Assembly: GCA_963666835.2 (NCBI GenBank)
Contig: CAXXGO010000006.1
Coordinates: 512,001-576,000 of the forward strand
DNA length: 64,000 bases
Direction of reading: 5' to 3'
Origin: Phycisphaerae bacterium
Lineage (GTDB): Bacteria; Planctomycetota; Phycisphaerae; UBA1845
Shown: piece by piece, positions 10,529 to 22,440 of the stretch
Position numbering within the stretch: position 1 is the first letter of the stretch
Layout of the letters: the number at the start of each line of letters is the position of its first letter
The notes under the pieces: generated by a model
The model's input: only the letters and a program-made list of their open reading frames with translations
Database searches by the model: none
Told to the model about the DNA's origin: nothing
Program-made: the position numbers and the translations under genes

Positions 10529-11602
10529 ATGCGAATCTCAACTTCTGCAGAACGTGGGTTGGTCGTACTGGCCGTGGTGGTCGGTCTGGTTGCGAATGCG
10601 CCTGACACAAACGCAGGCCCCGAAATTCGCTGGCAACCGGTGGGCGCTTCGGGTTTTCATACGATTGTTGACACTACCGGCAATGAGGGCGTCCCGTCGG
10701 TAATCGGCCTGCCGGCCGGCGGGGTGACGGTGGAGCTTGAGCTACGCGTGAGCGCGTGGGCGGACTGGCCTGGACAATCTCCGCTTGCCGTCTATCAGGC
10801 CACCCTTGACTCCACAAGCTACTCGACCGGTTCTGGGGCGCCTATTGGCCCGCTTAACCCCCTCACCGAGGACGGTTGCTTCATCGACGTCGACCGGCCG
10901 GACTTTGCGTTCTACGGCCTGACCCCGATAGCCGCAGTATTCACCGGCACTCTGGACTACGAATTGGGCTCCACATGCATGGGAACATACCCCGCGGACG
11001 ATGGGACAATCAAATACGGCGGGACGCTCATTCTTGATATCCCTCCTGACGCCGCCGGTGATTATGAGATCCAGTTCGTGCACGATCCGTCAAAGACATT
11101 TGTGGATCCTGGCCACTGTGAGATGGCGCCCGGCCTGATACGAACAGCAGCTATCATCTCCGTTGGCGACTGTCAGGCTAACGGCATTGACGACGTCGAC
11201 GACATTGCCGGTGGGACGAGCGTGGACTGCAACGGCGATTTGATTCCCGACGAATGCCAGCCGGAGCTTGATTACGACGGCGACGGGGTGCTGGATGCGT
11301 GCGATCCTTGCCCGCTGGATAATCCCGACGATACGGACGGAGATGGGGCGTGTGATTCCGACGACGTCTGCCCCGGCCTGGACGACTTCGCCGATGCGGA
11401 CGGTGACACCGTGCCCGATTGCCTCGATCAGTGCCCGGAAGACGACGACAGTATCGATTTCGATGAAGACGGCATCCCCGATTGCCTCCAGGCCATCCCG
11501 ACGACTTCGCAATGGGGCCTGGTGGTTCTGGCTCTGCTGCTCCTGGTGGCCGGGAAGGTCTATTTCGGAACCCGACCCCAGAGCACGGTCGACGCCGGCT
11601 GA
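10529..11602 (+). CDS. Secreted protein with cohesin-like N-terminal domain, Ca-binding thrombospondin type-3-like repeats and IPTL-CTERM sorting signal
   Basis: RBS AAGGAGG; signal peptide; DxDGDG..DxCD repeats; C-terminal AIPTTSQWGLVVLALLLLVAG. Confidence 0.85.
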   Translation: MRISTSAERGLVVLAVVVGLVANAPDTNAGPEIRWQPVGASGFHTIVDTTGNEGVPSVIGLPAGGVTVELELRVSAWADWPGQSPLAVYQATLDSTSYSTGSGAPIGPLNPLTEDGCFIDVDRPDFAFYGLTPIAAVFTGTLDYELGSTCMGTYPADDGTIKYGGTLILDIPPDAAGDYEIQFVHDPSKTFVDPGHCEMAPGLIRTAAIISVGDCQANGIDDVDDIAGGTSVDCNGDLIPDECQPELDYDGDGVLDACDPCPLDNPDDTDGDGACDSDDVCPGLDDFADADGDTVPDCLDQCPEDDDSIDFDEDGIPDCLQAIPTTSQWGLVVLALLLLVAGKVYFGTRPQSTVDAG

Positions 11603-11767
11603 GCTACATAGGGTTGGTAGCTCGCCTCTTTGGTACGGCAGGTCGGGCTCTGCCCAACGGTACTAACCTTGTCAGACGAGACGAGCGAGTTCTCTCTGAT
11701 GTGTGGACTGCGTCCCGTCCGAGTACGCCAACCGCGTTGCGTCCTCCAGCCCGAAGGGCTCAGATGA

Positions 11768-12024
11768 AGTAGCCGGGGGCAAGGCCGCGCAGCGGCCGCC
11801 GCCCCCGGACTCGGTCCCCGCAACCTCCATGACCCTGGTAGGGGTCAAACAGCCCCGGTAAATGTGCTTCGCCATTGACTTTTGACGCGTTCTCAAAGAG
11901 GCCCGGCAGCCGAAACGGACGCGCGGTTCATCGGCACCGTCTCTTTCACCCTGTCAGGGTGATTGGGATTGTTGGAACCCCATCCGGGGGCGGCGGCCGC
12001 TGCGCGGCCTTGCCCCCGGCTACT
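11768..12024. repeat. REPIN-like element: 42-bp perfect inverted repeat with GTAG ends
   Basis: 11768-11809 AGTAGCCGGGGGCAAGGCCGCGCAGCGGCCGCCGCCCCCGGA is the reverse complement of 11983-12024. Confidence 0.85.
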
Positions 12025-12093
12025 ATCTTGCAGGCTTTCAGCCTGAACACCGAGCCGGCTTGACACCGTTCGCTGAAAAGGAAGCCGCGCCTT

Positions 12094-12284
12094 GCCGGGT
12101 GCCATGGTCCACGCTTGCGTGGCCATGAAGGTCTGCAGCCCCGTAGGGCATGGTCGAGGCACGAGACCCTCAAAGACCGCTTCGTTTACCCGGCGCTTTG
12201 CTGTTGAACGCCCTTGGCGTAAGTTGGAAAGGGGTGTGTTTCGTAAGAACCAACGGCAGGTCTCGTTCCTCGACCATGCCCTAC
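12094..12284. repeat. REP-like mosaic A-B...inverted B
   Basis: A at 12094, B at 12143, reverse-complement B at 12254-12284. Confidence 0.8.
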
Positions 12285-12468
12285 ACCGGCCAGCGCTGCC
12301 CTACCTACACGGCTGGCGTTGTCCGACATACTGCAGGCAGGATGCGTGCGCTTCGCGAGGGGCGGCCCCCGGCATACCTTGTTCGCGAAACGCGAATACG
12401 AAAGTGGCCGGCGCCACCGCCGGCCACTTCAGGGAATTCGTCAGTTGTTCCCGCGTCGCGGGATGCAG

Positions 12469-15189
12469 TTAGCCAAGCCCCAGTGCCGCGCTGATCTGCG
12501 GAGCGAACTTGACCACCAACCCGGCGAACACCACGCTGACCATGCTCATCAGCTTGATCAGGATGTTCAGACTCGGGCCGGAAGTGTCCTTGAACGGATC
12601 GCCGACCGTATCACCGACAATCGTGGCCTTGTGGGCTTCACTGCCCTTGCCGCCGTGGTGGCCCTTCTCGACGTATTTCTTGGCGTTGTCCCAGGCTCCA
12701 CCGGCGTTGGCCATGAAGATGGCAACGGCGAAACCGCTGGTCAGACCACCGGCCAGCAAGCCCATCACCCCGGGTACCCCAAACACCAGCCCCACCACCA
12801 CCGGCACAATAATCGCCAGAAGGGACGGGAAGATCATCTCCTTCTGTGCGCCTTTGGTCGAGATATCCACGCAGCGGGCGTAGTCAGGCACTTTGTGGCC
12901 CTGGAACTCCACCTGACCGCGCGGCCAGTTCTCGGAGTCCATCGCCTCCGCTTCGGACATGTTCTTCTCGGCCATCAGATACGACGCAACCGTTTTGAAC
13001 TGCTCGCGGCACTCCAGCATCATCTGATACGCGGCGCGCCCAACCGCTTGCATAGTCAAAGCGCAGAAAAGGAACGCCAACAACACACCGGAGAACATTC
13101 CGCACAGCACCTTGGGGTTCATGAGCGTGACTTTGTAGAAGTCCATGAACTGCTCCAAAGATGCCTTGCGCGACGAAACGATCTGGATTTCATGCGCGTT
13201 ACCGTCGGCGTCTTTGATTGTCGTCGTACGCACATAATCGGCTTCGCGACGAGCCGGCGGGAGGCTTGGCAACTTGACGCCGTTGCGTCCTTCGGCTTCC
13301 AGCTTACTGTCGAGGACCTCACGCGCTTGCCCGCTCAGCAGCATGTGCCCCGTGTAGTTCGCCTCTGCCGTCCCGGGTTCGAACTTCTCCGCGAACTTGC
13401 CATGACCCATATAGTAGATGTCGCCGACCGCCGCCCCGGCGCTGTCCTTCGCAGCACCGTCGACTACGTGGACGTAGGCCATAGCCTCACGCACCTGTCC
13501 GATACGCACTTCCTCAACGTATGCGGCCAGTAACGCCAAGGCGGTCAAAGCAGCCGAGCCGATCGCGAACCCCTTACCCGTCGCCGCGGTAGTGTTACCG
13601 AGCGAATCGAGGGCGTCCGTCCGCTCCCGGACCTCCGGAGCCTGGGCGGTCATCTCGGCGTTACCGCCGGCGTTATCCGCAATAGGACCGTAGGCATCAG
13701 TAGCAAGCGTGAAGCCCAGTGTGGCCAGCATGCCTACCGCGGCAAGGCCGACGCCGTAGAGCCCGAGCATGAAGGTGTCGCCGCCACCGGCGAAGTTGAA
13801 CGCCAGCAGAATGGCCAGAATGATGATCGCCAATGCCGCCCACGTGCTCTTCATCCCCTCGGCCACGCCGGCAATGATTACCGTCGCAGGTCCGGTCTTG
13901 GCCTGCTCGGCGATTCGCTTGGTTGGCCCGTAATCGTAGCTCGTATAACGCTCGGTTGCCTGCCCGATGAGATACCCGGCCACAAGTCCAACAACCACCG
14001 AAGAGGCCACGCCCGTCCATTCCACACCTGGGATTCCACCAAGCAATAGCCCGCAGACAGCATAGGTCGCCGCCAGAATGACAACGCTCGAGATCAGCAG
14101 CCCTCGATTAAGCGCGGACATGAGCTGGGCCATCGAGGCCCCTTCTTCGGTCTTCACCAAGTTAATGCCGCACCAGATGCTGGCGAGGATCCCCATTCCG
14201 GCCACGACCATCGGGACGGCCAAAAACGCCATCGCGTCACTCGCGATGTTCGTGTTGCCGAGCGCGTGGGCCGCGGCCACGCCGAGGGCGGCGGTAGCCA
14301 GGATCGACCCGGCGTACGACTCGTAAAGGTCGGCACCCATTCCGGCAACGTCGCCGACGTTATCGCCGACGTTGTCCGCGATAGCCGCAGGGTTACGCGG
14401 GTCGTCTTCGGGAATCTCGGCTTCCACCTTGCCGACGAGGTCTGCTCCCACGTCAGCCGCTTTTGTGTAGATTCCGCCGCCGACTCGAGCGAAAAGCGCC
14501 TGCGTACTGGCTCCCATGCCGAACGTCAGCATAACCACGGTAATCTCGTGCAGCGGCATGTTCGTGAACATGCGGAGTCCGAAGAACCAGAACGTAATAT
14601 CGATGACGGCAAAGCCGACGACGACGAGCCCCATAACCGCCCCTGCGCGGAAGGAAACGCGAAGCCCCTCGTTGAGGCTCTTGCGGGCGCCGGCGGTAGT
14701 TCGGTGTGCCGCAATGGTCGCGGTCCGCATCCCGATGTAACCGCACAATCCGCTGAAGAAACCGCCTGTAAGGAAGGCGAATGGCACGAGTCCGTGCTGC
14801 ACGTGCAGCCCAAACGCCATCCAGGCCAACACGACGATCAGCAGCAGGAACACGATGGCCACGATGCGGTACTGCCGGAACAGATACGCCATCGCCCCCT
14901 CGCGAACGTAGCCGGCGATTCGGATCATGTCCTCGTCGCCCTCGTCGGAGTCGATGACCTCCTGGTAGTACTTCCTAGCCATGAAGAGGGCAACGATCCC
15001 GCAGATCGGGGCCAAGTACCACAACAGCGGAATGCCGGCGGTCTCCGCTTGGGCGCCGGCAACGTCCCCGGTCACTTGTGGAACCGGCTCCATGACTTCC
15101 TGACCAAACACGGTGGAAGTTGCGAAGAGCCCGACGCTCCCTACAACCAAGACCACCGACAGAATGCCGAATCGCGTTGCCTTAGACAC
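12469..15189 (-). CDS. hppA: Membrane-bound K+-dependent Na+(/H+)-translocating pyrophosphatase
   Basis: [41 protein letters not shown] motifs; GTG start after GGAAGGAG RBS. Confidence 0.95.
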   Translation of the reverse strand: MSKATRFGILSVVLVVGSVGLFATSTVFGQEVMEPVPQVTGDVAGAQAETAGIPLLWYLAPICGIVALFMARKYYQEVIDSDEGDEDMIRIAGYVREGAMAYLFRQYRIVAIVFLLLIVVLAWMAFGLHVQHGLVPFAFLTGGFFSGLCGYIGMRTATIAAHRTTAGARKSLNEGLRVSFRAGAVMGLVVVGFAVIDITFWFFGLRMFTNMPLHEITVVMLTFGMGASTQALFARVGGGIYTKAADVGADLVGKVEAEIPEDDPRNPAAIADNVGDNVGDVAGMGADLYESYAGSILATAALGVAAAHALGNTNIASDAMAFLAVPMVVAGMGILASIWCGINLVKTEEGASMAQLMSALNRGLLISSVVILAATYAVCGLLLGGIPGVEWTGVASSVVVGLVAGYLIGQATERYTSYDYGPTKRIAEQAKTGPATVIIAGVAEGMKSTWAALAIIILAILLAFNFAGGGDTFMLGLYGVGLAAVGMLATLGFTLATDAYGPIADNAGGNAEMTAQAPEVRERTDALDSLGNTTAATGKGFAIGSAALTALALLAAYVEEVRIGQVREAMAYVHVVDGAAKDSAGAAVGDIYYMGHGKFAEKFEPGTAEANYTGHMLLSGQAREVLDSKLEAEGRNGVKLPSLPPARREADYVRTTTIKDADGNAHEIQIVSSRKASLEQFMDFYKVTLMNPKVLCGMFSGVLLAFLFCALTMQAVGRAAYQMMLECREQFKTVASYLMAEKNMSEAEAMDSENWPRGQVEFQGHKVPDYARCVDISTKGAQKEMIFPSLLAIIVPVVVGLVFGVPGVMGLLAGGLTSGFAVAIFMANAGGAWDNAKKYVEKGHHGGKGSEAHKATIVGDTVGDPFKDTSGPSLNILIKLMSMVSVVFAGLVVKFAPQISAALGLG

Positions 15190-15635
15190 AGGTTCTCCTT
15201 CCGATTTCATTCGAGGTGTTGTGATTCGCAGGGTGTTCGTCCGACGCTCACGCACAGCGCCGCCGCGAGCGGACACGCGAGGCATAACCACCTTCGTACC
15301 ATTATGTTGAGAAATCCAAGCCAAAACGAACCACGCCGTCGTTCCGGCTGGAGCGCGGGACTATAGCAAAACGGCCGATCCGTGCCAAACTCCCCCGTTT
15401 CCCGCAGGGGTACCCCCGACCGACCCCGCTTCGGTGTAGATCGACCGAGCCGACATTCTAATGCAGTTCGGCCCGTTGTCACGCAGGCGACCGAGCACCG
15501 GACGTGCGTCGGCAGGGAAGACACCACTTCACCAACAAGCACGCGGCGTAACCGCAGGTAGGGTTTGCCTGGGGTGCCGGCACTCTGAAACGAGGTGGAA
15601 AACGGTCCGAGCCTGCGGGGGCAGGAGCCTTAAGA

Positions 15636-16652
15636 TTAGTATAGGGATTGCGTGGCCCGGACCAGGGCGGCCCGCATCCGGGGGTCGCCACCTCCATGTC
15701 CGGCGGACTCCACGAACACCAACTCTGATTTCGGCAAGGCTTGATGTAGGCGGAACGCGGATTTCGGCGTGCAAATCACGTCGTATCGCCCGTGGACGAT
15801 CACCGTCGGAATAGACGCGATCTTGTGAGCGTTGCGGAGAAGCTGCCCTTCTTCAAGAAAGCAGCCGTTTGCCATGTAGTGGTTCTCGATCAGCGAGAAA
15901 TCGTACGGGTCCCAGGTCAGAAATGCGGCCTCGACCTCTTCGTCCGATCGCTCCAAGGCCACTATCTTCATCTCATACCTCGCCCAAGCCAAAGAGGCCC
16001 GGCGGCGCACTTCTGTGTTCTCGCTTTGCAGCATGGCCAGGAGTTGACGGGGGTAGTCGTGCCGATCGGGCTTCGGAATGACCTCCTGAAACCGGGCGTA
16101 GACCTCCGGGAAGTGGGTGGCGACGCCGCCGTGGTAGAAGTGGTCTATCTCCGCCGCGGTCGCGGTAAACACGCCTCGCAGGACAAGCGACCTGATATTA
16201 TCGGGGTATGCCTCAGCGTAGGCCAACGCCAACGTCGAACCCCAGGACCCTCCGAAGACGTGGCAGCGCCCGAGTTTCAGGTGCTCTCGTAGCCGCTCGA
16301 TGTCGCCCACCAGCGCCGGCGTGTTGTTGTCCTTCAGCTCGCAGAACGGCTTACTTCTTCCCGCACCCCGCTGGTCATGAAGGACGATCAGGTACTTCTC
16401 CGGATCATGAAAGCGGCGGAGGGAGGGGTAGCTCCCGCCGCCCGGGCCACCGTGGAGGACCAACACCGGCACACCCTCCGGGTTGCCACAGAGCTCGTAG
16501 TAGATCTCGTGGATGTCAGATACCCGCAAATACCCCGTCTCGAACGGCTCGGGGATGGGGTACCAATCCAGCGGATCGATCGCGCTCGACGGCGCGGCGA
16601 GGTCGAGGACCGGCAGCACGGCCAGCAGGCAGGCTAGGCTACGAATGGGCAT
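15636..16652 (-). CDS. pip: Proline iminopeptidase (S33) with predicted signal peptide
   Basis: LHGGPGGG, DQRGAGRS, GGSWGSTL, GRYDVIC and AGH motifs. Confidence 0.9.
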   Translation of the reverse strand: MPIRSLACLLAVLPVLDLAAPSSAIDPLDWYPIPEPFETGYLRVSDIHEIYYELCGNPEGVPVLVLHGGPGGGSYPSLRRFHDPEKYLIVLHDQRGAGRSKPFCELKDNNTPALVGDIERLREHLKLGRCHVFGGSWGSTLALAYAEAYPDNIRSLVLRGVFTATAAEIDHFYHGGVATHFPEVYARFQEVIPKPDRHDYPRQLLAMLQSENTEVRRRASLAWARYEMKIVALERSDEEVEAAFLTWDPYDFSLIENHYMANGCFLEEGQLLRNAHKIASIPTVIVHGRYDVICTPKSAFRLHQALPKSELVFVESAGHGGGDPRMRAALVRATQSLY

Positions 16653-16992
16653 CGGTCGGGCTCCTTCTTGGCCAGGTTGTTATTCAGACCGCTGACTTTT
16701 TTGCTCACTCGGGGCAGGCTGGAAGCCGGCGCTACCGAGCCGGCCTCTGATTCGGCTCTTGGCACCTCACCCGTTGCAGCGGCTAACGACAGAATCGCCA
16801 CTGGCGGGTCGAGTGCAAGCCGCGGGAATCTGCCAAACTGGCAGCAGGAGCGCAGCGGTGGTCCCGAAATGACAGCCGCGGTGGGCGTGCAGGGCGGGCG
16901 ACGTTTCTGTCACAGGCGGGGCTTGATTCATAACTTGTTTTTTAGCAAGGGCTTAGAGAATGCAAGCGATATCCCGCCTGTTCTCCTTGCTC

Positions 16993-17008
16993 TGGCATCG
17001 CCCATGCT
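16993..17008 (+). promoter_or_regulatory. Putative sigma54 -24/-12 promoter TGGCATCGCCCATGCT
   Basis: GG at 16994-95 and GC at 17006-07 have canonical spacing; lies upstream of the receiver-groES-groEL run. Confidence 0.45.
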
Positions 17009-17049
17009 GTTTACCCCGTTGGGAATGTCTAGGGTGTGAGGGCTGTGTC

Positions 17050-17469
17050 GTGACGAATCTGCCGTCCTGGGGCTGCACCGAGAGCCGGAAAGTGCTTTTG
17101 TCGCACGGTGGGGCTTGGACGCGCAACGCCTGGCTGGGCGGAGTGGACGACGTATTGCGGCCATCCGGGTTCGTGGTGTGCCGGGCTCACACTGGTGCGG
17201 ACACGATCCGCCAGGTCGAGGAAGGCGGGTTGGCCGGGGCCGTTCTGGTAGAGGACCGGGAGCGGATCGACGGGCTGTCGCTGTTGAGGATCATCCGGTC
17301 GATCGACCGGCACCTGCCTTGCTGGCTGGTAACGGAGAGAGCGAATCGGCGTACGCTGGAAGTCGCTCTTTCGCTGAGGGTGGTCAGCGTGATGGCTCAG
17401 CCGCTTGATTTAAGTGAACTCACACGGACGCTCACCGGTTTTCTGAGCGACCGTGCAAACGGCAACTGA
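17050..17469 (+). CDS. Stand-alone atypical (pseudo-)receiver domain protein
   Basis: CheY-like pattern (DGLSLLRIIRSIDRHLPCWLVT...QPLDLSEL); acidic pocket and Lys are not conserved; start uncertain. Confidence 0.65.
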   Translation: MTNLPSWGCTESRKVLLSHGGAWTRNAWLGGVDDVLRPSGFVVCRAHTGADTIRQVEEGGLAGAVLVEDRERIDGLSLLRIIRSIDRHLPCWLVTERANRRTLEVALSLRVVSVMAQPLDLSELTRTLTGFLSDRANGN

Positions 17470-17521
17470 AATGAGGCCCGTCGGGGCCTACGTCTGGTAG
17501 ACGAAAGGAGTGCATACGAAG

Positions 17522-17818
17522 ATGGCAAAGCTGAACATCAAACCGCTCGGCGATAAGGTGATCGTCAAGCGCGTCGAGGCTGAGGAGACAACTGCCGGCG
17601 GTATCGTCCTTCCGGATTCGGCTAAGGAAAAGCCGAAGCGCGGAATCGTGCTGGCGGTGGGCAGCGGTCGCCTGCTGGACGACGGAACCCGTAGCGAAAT
17701 GCAGGTCAAGAAGAACGACGAAGTGCTCTTCTCCAGTTATGCCGGGACCGAGATCAAAGTCGGGCCGGAAGAGTACATGATAATGGACGAGACGGACATC
17801 CTGGGGATCATCGGCTAG
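17522..17818 (+). CDS. groES: Co-chaperonin GroES
   Basis: IKPLGDKVIVK, TAGGIVLPDSAKEKP motifs. Confidence 0.98.
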   Translation: MAKLNIKPLGDKVIVKRVEAEETTAGGIVLPDSAKEKPKRGIVLAVGSGRLLDDGTRSEMQVKKNDEVLFSSYAGTEIKVGPEEYMIMDETDILGIIG

Positions 17819-17938
17819 CGAGCGGCGGACCGAACAAGGCGAAAGGTCAGCGGCGCGTCCGCGGCCGGCGGCTCGATCGAGCCGTTCTTCGCCGTTTCAG
17901 GTTTGCCTTTCCGACAAGACAAGGGGAGGTATCAGAAT

Positions 17939-19606
<1,668 letters not shown>

Positions 19607-19754
19607 GAGCGCCGTGACCTCGGCTATTCAAAGTCGCGGGCGGCGCAGCGCCGCCCGGAACGGAATAAGCAGGCGAAGTTGGTCGCCCTCGCCGAGGCCG
19701 ACTGCGGAGCCTGTCCAGGAGACCGATGATTGGCCCACGGTCGATGATCAAACG

Positions 19755-19794
19755 ACACCCCGCCGACACTCTCCGGTCGGCGGGGTGTTTGTTT
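19755..19794 (+). terminator. Rho-independent terminator after groEL
   Basis: 13-bp stem ACACCCCGCCGAC / GTCGGCGGGGTGT followed by TTGTTT. Confidence 0.75.
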
Positions 19795-19954
19795 GCGCTC
19801 GCGGTGACCGGTGGCCGATCCAGAGATGTAGTCCGGCGCAGTCGCCGAACGGAGGTTTTCGCTTTGATGGTGGTTGTGTTGCCCCATCAGGCGAGTTACC
19901 GTTCCCGCCTGTGCTGGTGTGGTTTGACCTGCAAAATCAAGAAAGAGGGGTACT

Positions 19955-21322
19955 ATGACCATCGCGCGCCGGTTGGCTGAATGGGCCGACAATCTGAAAT
20001 ACGAAGATCTCCCGGAAAAGACCGTTCATGAAGTAAAACGCCGCATGGTCGACTCGCTGGGCACGGCGTTGGGAGCCTATCGCTGCCAGCCGCCTCGTAT
20101 TGTGCGGGCTCGCGCCAAGGCGGTCAGCGATATGCCGCCGGCCTCGACCGTTTGGGGCAGCCGCCATTTCGTACCCCCGCAACGTGCCGCTTTCGCCAAC
20201 GGCACTATGGTCCGATATCTCGATTACAACGACACGTACATAAGCCTGGAATCGGCTCATCCTTCGGACAATATTCCCGCAGCGGTGGCCGTCACCCAGG
20301 TAACCGGGGGCACGGGGAAAGACCTGATCGTCGCCACCGTCCTCGGCTATGAGATCCAGTGCCGCATGTGTGACGCCGCAAGCTTGCGGGCCGGCGGTTG
20401 GGATCACGTGATCTACGGAGCAATATCCACCGCGCTGCTGGCCGCTAAGCTCTGGGGCGCAACCGTAGAGCAGATGGAGCACGCCCTGGGCATCGCCGGA
20501 GTGTGCAATATCTCCATCCGCCAGACGCTTACCGGTCAGCTCGCGGATTGGAAGGGTTGCGCCTTTGCCAACGCGGCGCGGAACGGCATTTGCGCCGCCG
20601 ATCTCGCCCGCCGGGGCTTGTCCGGCCCGAACGAGATCTTCGAAGGGCCCCGCGGACTGATCAGACAGCTCAACGTACCGGGTCTGGCGGAAATCGTCCT
20701 CGGTGGCAAAGGCGATTTCATGATCGACAAGACCTACGTCAAGTACTGGCCGGCCGAGTACCACTCGCAATCGGCTATTGAAGCCGTCTTGGCGCTGCGG
20801 CCGCAGATCGAAGGCAAAGAGATCAACGAGGTTTTCATCAAGACCAGCGCTGCCGCGGCCGGGGTCATCGGCAACGAGGCCGACAAACGCCGGCCGACCT
20901 CGCGGGAGACCGCGGATCACTCGATGCCCTATTGCTGTGCGGCCGCCCTGCTTGATGGTGACGTTACCCTGGCAGCGTTCGCAGAAGAACGTCTCACCGA
21001 TCCCAAGCTCTTGGCCTTAACGGACAAGGTCAAGATCGTCGAAGACGATGGACTCAGCAAGGAGTATCCGAAGAAGATCGCCAGCGACGTTACGATCACC
21101 TGCACCGACGGCACGAAGGTCAACAAACGGGTGGATTACCCGCGCGGTCACGCCGAGAACCCGATGACCGACGACGAGATCGTGGCCAAGTTCAACCGGC
21201 TGGCCGATGGCGTGATCAGCAGCGATACGGCGGATCTGATTCTCGAGCAGGTTTGGAAGCTCGATGAACTGCAGAAGGTGACTCCCTTGTTTGCTTTCAA
21301 GATCCTCGGGAAGAAGAGTTAA
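19955..21322 (+). CDS. prpD: MmgE/PrpD family protein (2-methylcitrate dehydratase)
   Basis: NGTMVRYLDYNDT, HPSDN, GWDHV, KYWPAEYHSQSA and ETADHS motifs. Confidence 0.9.
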   Translation: MTIARRLAEWADNLKYEDLPEKTVHEVKRRMVDSLGTALGAYRCQPPRIVRARAKAVSDMPPASTVWGSRHFVPPQRAAFANGTMVRYLDYNDTYISLESAHPSDNIPAAVAVTQVTGGTGKDLIVATVLGYEIQCRMCDAASLRAGGWDHVIYGAISTALLAAKLWGATVEQMEHALGIAGVCNISIRQTLTGQLADWKGCAFANAARNGICAADLARRGLSGPNEIFEGPRGLIRQLNVPGLAEIVLGGKGDFMIDKTYVKYWPAEYHSQSAIEAVLALRPQIEGKEINEVFIKTSAAAAGVIGNEADKRRPTSRETADHSMPYCCAAALLDGDVTLAAFAEERLTDPKLLALTDKVKIVEDDGLSKEYPKKIASDVTITCTDGTKVNKRVDYPRGHAENPMTDDEIVAKFNRLADGVISSDTADLILEQVWKLDELQKVTPLFAFKILGKKS

Positions 21323-21408
21323 CCGGACAAGCCGGCGGGGTCTCCAATAAACAGTGCCCCGTCCTTCTGGCGTAAATAGCAGTTAACGAAAAGCCTCGTA
21401 CACAGCTT

Positions 21409-21655
21409 GTAGGGCATGGTCGAGGCACGAGACCTGCCGAAACGGCGCGCACCCTGCGAAGACTGATTGCGGAAGAGGACTACGTCGGGGCTTTCCGTCG
21501 GTCCCCCACCCATTCCGGCCGTGGGTGGACGCAACAGTCCCAGCTCGACAAACGCCGGTATGGGGCACCCGCGCGTAGCGCAGGCTTCCAGCCTGCTGGA
21601 TGGGCGGTGGGCTAACGGCACGTTTGAAGATGCAGACAGGATGTCTGCGTTACGA
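21409..21655. repeat. REP-like mosaic: B + D + REPIN (GTAGCGCAGGCTTCCAGCCTGC...GCAGACAGGATGTCTGCGTTAC)
   Basis: Same B-D order as 6635-7031; related GCAGGCTGGAAGCC motifs at about 9816 and 16714. Confidence 0.75.
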
Positions 21656-21664
21656 GCGACAACC

Positions 21665-22237
21665 ATGCTGACGCGGATTCTGTTTGAAAGCCTGTGGCTG
21701 CTTGCGGCCGTGTGGGTCGGCGGGCAGTTTCTGCTGATCGCGCTGTGGTCCTGGCGACGAAGTCGCCTAACCGCCCGGATGGTCTGGGCCGGATTCGCCG
21801 CCGGGCCCTTGCTGTGGGTGATGTCCGCCCTGGTGGTCACGCCACGCGAGCGGATAGTCGAGCAGTGCGAAGAGTTGGCGGATTACGTCGATCAGGGTGA
21901 CATTGCGGCCATAACGCGTCATCTGCACGACGACTTCGCCGTAGCCGACTTCGACCGCGAATCGTTCGCCGACCGCCTCGAGCAGATGCTCACCCGGCAC
22001 CGCATCGACCGACCGCGTTTGCGCAGTTTCGATGTGGAGTTCTCGAAAGATGGAAACGCCGTAGCCGAGTTCAACGCCAGCGCCCTGGTTCGCGTGCCTG
22101 ACCTGTTCAGCGACCGCGTGGACTCGCATTGGCGGGTCATCTTCCGGCAAGACGGTGACCGCTGGCTGATTACCAAAATCGAAGGCCGCCCGGCCGCCCC
22201 GTTCGAGGGGCCCAACTTCGCCGGCTGGTTGCGTTAA
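21665..22237 (+). CDS. Membrane protein with C-terminal NTF2-like domain
   Basis: Two N-terminal TM helices; GDIAAI..LHDDF and DGDRWLITKI pattern. Confidence 0.7.
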   Translation: MLTRILFESLWLLAAVWVGGQFLLIALWSWRRSRLTARMVWAGFAAGPLLWVMSALVVTPRERIVEQCEELADYVDQGDIAAITRHLHDDFAVADFDRESFADRLEQMLTRHRIDRPRLRSFDVEFSKDGNAVAEFNASALVRVPDLFSDRVDSHWRVIFRQDGDRWLITKIEGRPAAPFEGPNFAGWLR

Positions 22238-22440
22238 CCGAATAGGCGGCAGGCTGGAGGCCAGGCCAGAACGGACCGTGCCCCGTTGGGTCCTTTAGCA
22301 GGTGCGAATCCCGCACTATCGCAAGACCCGGCGCGCCGCAGGGCAAGGAAACCGTTGGGGAGGCGTGGTCGGCCACCTGATTCGCGCGTATACTGGGGGG
22401 TTTGCGGGAACAAGGGCTTTTCGAGATTGAGGAGGCTCCC

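Noticed and set aside
280..12284. CRISPR array suggested by recurring 30-35 bp palindromic repeats
   Set aside because: The intervening sequences are themselves repeated rather than unique spacers, spacing is irregular, copies are dispersed, and there are no cas genes.
16759..16966. CIRCE operator upstream of groESL
   Set aside because: Only half-site look-alikes (TTGGCACCTC, GAGTGCAAG, TTAGCAAGG); no correctly spaced 9-9-9 inverted repeat.
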